The notes beneath the pieces are model-generated. The model did not search any database. It was not told the DNA's origin and saw only the letters and a list, made by a program, of their open reading frames with translations. The position numbers were made by a program, and so were the translations under genes. 39,958 nucleotides of DNA from an uncultured Verrucomicrobiota bacterium (lineage in GTDB: Bacteria; Verrucomicrobiota; Verrucomicrobiia; Methylacidiphilales; Verrucolacustridaceae). Position 1 is the stretch's first letter. Each line of letters begins with the position of its first letter. Below, in pieces: positions 36,868 to 39,958 of the stretch. The stretch is taken from contig CAIVGD010000325.1 in assembly GCA_903905395.1 (NCBI GenBank), positions 1-39,958 of the forward strand, in the 5' to 3' direction.

Positions 36868-36941
36868 AAATTGGGTGTTCATCAGTGCTTGTCCTTGGCG
36901 ACGGGAAATCCCAAACTTCGCCTCTCTCCGAAGGAGACTTC

Positions 36942-38501
36942 ATGATCACATCAACCCGCTTCCGGCGTCTGGTTCTCGCTGCGGTCCCGGTGTTCTGTTT
37001 TGCCATCGGCCTGCGCGGTGCCGCCGCCGCTGAGATCTCGACCGCTCCCGCGAAAAAAGTCCGCGAGCCCGCCGTCGCTGATCTGTTTTACCCGAAAGAT
37101 CCAGCCGAACTATCCCGCGTGATCGATGCCTGTCTAGCCGCGGCAAAGGTCGTGCCTGCGGACGGAGAACTCAAGGCACTCATCTGTCCTCACGCCGGAT
37201 ATCCCTACTCCGGTCCGGTGGCCGCCTCCGCCTACCGACTGCTGGCGGGACGCGATTTTCAGACGGTCGTGGTGATGGGGCCCAGTCACTATGCCGACCT
37301 GCACGCCGCTTCGGTGGCAAATGCCGATTTATTCCGCACGCCGCTGGGCGATGTGCCGATCTCCGGTAAAAAAGCCCGCAAGCTCGCCAAGCTCAGCCCC
37401 TTCGCCCTCGAACCGCACTGCTTCGTGCAACGCCCGAGTTGGTGGCAGTCCTCACGTCCCGCGCCCGACGAGGACACGGCGGATACCTGGGAGCATTCCG
37501 TCGAGGTCGAGATTCCATTTCTTCAGCGAACGCTCAAAAGCTTTGGGCTTGTGCCGGTGGTCTGTGGCCAAATCGACGAAGCTAAAGCCGCCCTAGCGTT
37601 GATGAAGATTCTCGACGACCGAACGCTGATTATCGCGAGTTCGGATCTCAGTCACTATGATACCTACGCCAATGCGCAGGAGCGCGACCGCAGGTGCATC
37701 GAGGCCATCTGCCGTCTCGACCCGGACGCAGTCGGCAACGAGGACGCCTGCGGCCACACTCCGATACGCATCCTGCTGCACGTCGCGAAACAGCTGGGAT
37801 GGCAGGCGCGTTTGCTCGACTACCGCAACAGTGGCGATACGACGGGCGACAAATCGCGTGGCGTGGTTGGATACGCCGCGATCGCCTTTTATGCGCCGGC
37901 CGCCACATCCATCACCGCGCCAGCCACCGCGCAATTCACCACGGCAGACCGCCGTTATTTGCTCGGACTAGCCCGCAAGAGCGTGCTGGAGGCCGCCGCA
38001 AGCGGCCAAGTGCCCGAGGTGTCCGCCGACAAACTCGCTCCGAAGTTCACCGCGGCCAAGGGGTGCTTCGTGACGCTGACCACGCACGGCGTCCTGCGCG
38101 GCTGCATCGGTTACATCCTGCCGCATGGACCGCTCTACCGTGCCGTGGTCGAGAACGCCCGCAACGCCGCGATCCGCGATCCGCGATTCCCAGCGGTAAA
38201 ACCCGGCGAAGTGGATCAGATAAATATCGAGATCAGCGTGCTCACAGAACCCCTGCCGCTTTCCTTCAGCTCTCCGGAGGATCTGCTGAACAAGCTTCGG
38301 CCGGGCGTGGACGGTGTCGTGCTCCAAATCGGTAGCCGCGAGGCCACCTACCTGCCGCAGGTTTGGGAGCAGATTCCTGGGAAGGTGGATTTTCTAAACA
38401 ATCTGGCTGAAAAGGCCGGATGCGAACCCTCGGCCTGGCGCCAGTCCGGCACCGCCGTTTTCATCTACCACGTCGAGTCATTCAAGGAGCCGGCAAAGTA
38501 A
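36942..38501 (+). CDS. amrB: AmmeMemoRadiSam system fusion: Memo-like (AmrB) plus AMMECR1 (AmrA) domains
   Basis: Memo motifs REPAVADLFYP, CPHAGYPYSG, GPSH, EHSVEVEIPFL, SSDLSHY, ACG, YRNSGD, VVGY. AMMECR1 motifs GCFVTL, LRGCIG, DPRF, EISVL, ATYLPQV, KAG. RBS AAGGAG at 36931-36936. Confidence 0.92.
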   Translation: MITSTRFRRLVLAAVPVFCFAIGLRGAAAAEISTAPAKKVREPAVADLFYPKDPAELSRVIDACLAAAKVVPADGELKALICPHAGYPYSGPVAASAYRLLAGRDFQTVVVMGPSHYADLHAASVANADLFRTPLGDVPISGKKARKLAKLSPFALEPHCFVQRPSWWQSSRPAPDEDTADTWEHSVEVEIPFLQRTLKSFGLVPVVCGQIDEAKAALALMKILDDRTLIIASSDLSHYDTYANAQERDRRCIEAICRLDPDAVGNEDACGHTPIRILLHVAKQLGWQARLLDYRNSGDTTGDKSRGVVGYAAIAFYAPAATSITAPATAQFTTADRRYLLGLARKSVLEAAASGQVPEVSADKLAPKFTAAKGCFVTLTTHGVLRGCIGYILPHGPLYRAVVENARNAAIRDPRFPAVKPGEVDQINIEISVLTEPLPLSFSSPEDLLNKLRPGVDGVVLQIGSREATYLPQVWEQIPGKVDFLNNLAEKAGCEPSAWRQSGTAVFIYHVESFKEPAK

Positions 38502-38618
38502 AGAATGAGCCACTGACGATGCACCCTGATTGTCGCTAAAAATCGAGGAATCGCCTTTGCTTATTCCCGTCAGAATATTCCGTGCGCACCCTTGGGCATC
38601 CGTGGCCGTGAGAATTCT

Positions 38619-39958
38619 ATGATCGATTCGGCGCCCTTGACGGGCCGGACCCGCCTCCTCGTGCTTCTGGCTGTGGGTGGCTTGGGTGTGTGTGCCGTAA
38701 TGACCCAGCTCTCGCTGATGCGCGAACTCCTTGGCGCGTTTTCCGGCAACGAACTGGTGTTCGGTATCAGCCTCGGAAGTTGGTTGCTACTGACTGGCGC
38801 AGGCACTTGGCTGGGGAGGCTGTCGGTGCGGCTCAAGGAGCCCGACCGGGCTCTGATCACGGGGATGATCCTCGTCGCCATAATCCCGCTGGGGCAACTG
38901 GTCGCAGTACGAGTACTGCGCGATGTCGTCTTTCTCCGAGGTGCCGCCGTGGGGGTGACCGAGACCGTGCTTGGCAGTATGGCGTTGCTCCTCCCTTTCT
39001 GTGTTGTCTCCGGCGCCATGCTCACGTTGGCGTGCGGGTTTCTGGCGAGGCGCGAAGGCGCATCCGGCATAGGTCGCGTGTATGTCGCCGACACCCTCGG
39101 CAGCATCGCCGGCGGCATCCTCTTCAGTTTCGTGCTTGTGCCGTGGCTCGACCATTTCGCGCTGCTCTGTTTCCCAGCGGCCTTGAACCTCCTGTTGGCC
39201 GCCGTGCTCGCCGGCCACTTTCGTCGGCGGCTGTTGCTGGCGTCCACGGTAATGGTCGCCTTGGGACTCACCGTCCACGTCCTGTTGATCGACACGGACG
39301 ATCTCACCACCGCCATCCAGCATTGGGGCCAGACCACCGTGTTTCGAGCGAATTCACCCTACGGCCGGCTCGTGGTAACTGACGCCTCGGGGCAACTCAC
39401 CTTCTACGAGAACGGCGTTCCGGTAATCTCCACGCACAACATCGACCAGGTCGAGGAGACCGTGCACTACGCGATGAGCCAGCGCCCAGATGCGCGGGAA
39501 GTTCTACTGCTCGGCGGAGGCGTATCCGGTACCGCCCGCGAGATCCTGCGTTATGGCGTGGCCGGGGTAACCTACGTTGAGATCGACCCGTTGATCATTG
39601 AGGTCGGACGGCGGTTTCTGCCGTACAACCTTGCGGACGCGCGGATACGGACCATCGCCACCGATGGCCGGCGCTTCGTCCAGCAGACCGGTGGGCATTA
39701 CGACGTGGTGATAGTGGATCTGCCCGATCCGTCCACTTCGCAGCTAAATCGCTTCCATACCGCTGAATTTTTCGCCGAGGTCCGGAGCATCCTTAATCCT
39801 GATGGAGTTCTGGCGTTCGCACTGGGTCGCTATGAAAACTTCGTCAGCCCTGAACTCGCGCGGTTGCTGGCTTCGGCACATCGCACGTTGCTGGGCTCCT
39901 TCGGCAACGTGCGGATGATCCCTGGCGGGCGTGTCTTCTTCCTCGCCTCAGACGGGCC
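38619..39958 (+). CDS. Membrane-domain-fused spermidine-synthase-like / class I SAM-dependent transferase (runs off the right edge)
   Basis: Absent from the ORF track because it has no stop in the window. Manual translation from ATG 38619 gives MIDSAP...QLSLMRELLGAFSGNEL (multi-TM)...NSPYGRL...VLLLGGGVSG...YVEIDP...DGRRF...YDVVIVDLPDP...NRFHTAEFF. Confidence 0.88.
   Translation, partial: MIDSAPLTGRTRLLVLLAVGGLGVCAVMTQLSLMRELLGAFSGNELVFGISLGSWLLLTGAGTWLGRLSVRLKEPDRALITGMILVAIIPLGQLVAVRVLRDVVFLRGAAVGVTETVLGSMALLLPFCVVSGAMLTLACGFLARREGASGIGRVYVADTLGSIAGGILFSFVLVPWLDHFALLCFPAALNLLLAAVLAGHFRRRLLLASTVMVALGLTVHVLLIDTDDLTTAIQHWGQTTVFRANSPYGRLVVTDASGQLTFYENGVPVISTHNIDQVEETVHYAMSQRPDAREVLLLGGGVSGTAREILRYGVAGVTYVEIDPLIIEVGRRFLPYNLADARIRTIATDGRRFVQQTGGHYDVVIVDLPDPSTSQLNRFHTAEFFAEVRSILNPDGVLAFALGRYENFVSPELARLLASAHRTLLGSFGNVRMIPGGRVFFLASDG

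Overview
A GC-rich bacterial chromosomal segment, probably from Verrucomicrobiota or the wider PVC group (inferred from protein styles, not verified). The housekeeping backbone is accA (partial), a CPBP protease, comF, accD, folC, three-subunit sdhCAB, nth, a large TPR protein, infC-rpmI-rplT-pheS, folE2, recN, a NagZ-type GH3, an alpha/beta hydrolase, a DUF62 SAM hydrolase with a lipobox and an orphan RelE-like gene. Accessory blocks are interleaved: (i) a ~1,800-aa secreted DNA/RNA non-specific endonuclease with a long Ig-like stalk, bracketed by 51-bp inverted repeats; (ii) a Glu/Leu/Phe/Val dehydrogenase next to a collapsed RND-transporter pseudogene; (iii) two CrtI-family carotenoid desaturases; (iv) nifJ-type pyruvate:ferredoxin oxidoreductase with a DHODH-like flavoprotein; (v) a Memo-AMMECR1 (AmrB-AmrA) fusion followed by a membrane-fused spermidine-synthase-like gene that runs off the window. 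The intergenic regions at about 7.7-8.2, 13.8-14.0, 20.3-20.6 and 36.85 kb share GTAG-tagged palindromic REP/REPIN-like repeats and/or a CGACCTCTGACCCC motif, and they sit at the borders of accessory blocks. I found no rRNA, tRNA, CRISPR array, integrase or transposase. All calls come from reading motifs by eye; no searches were run.
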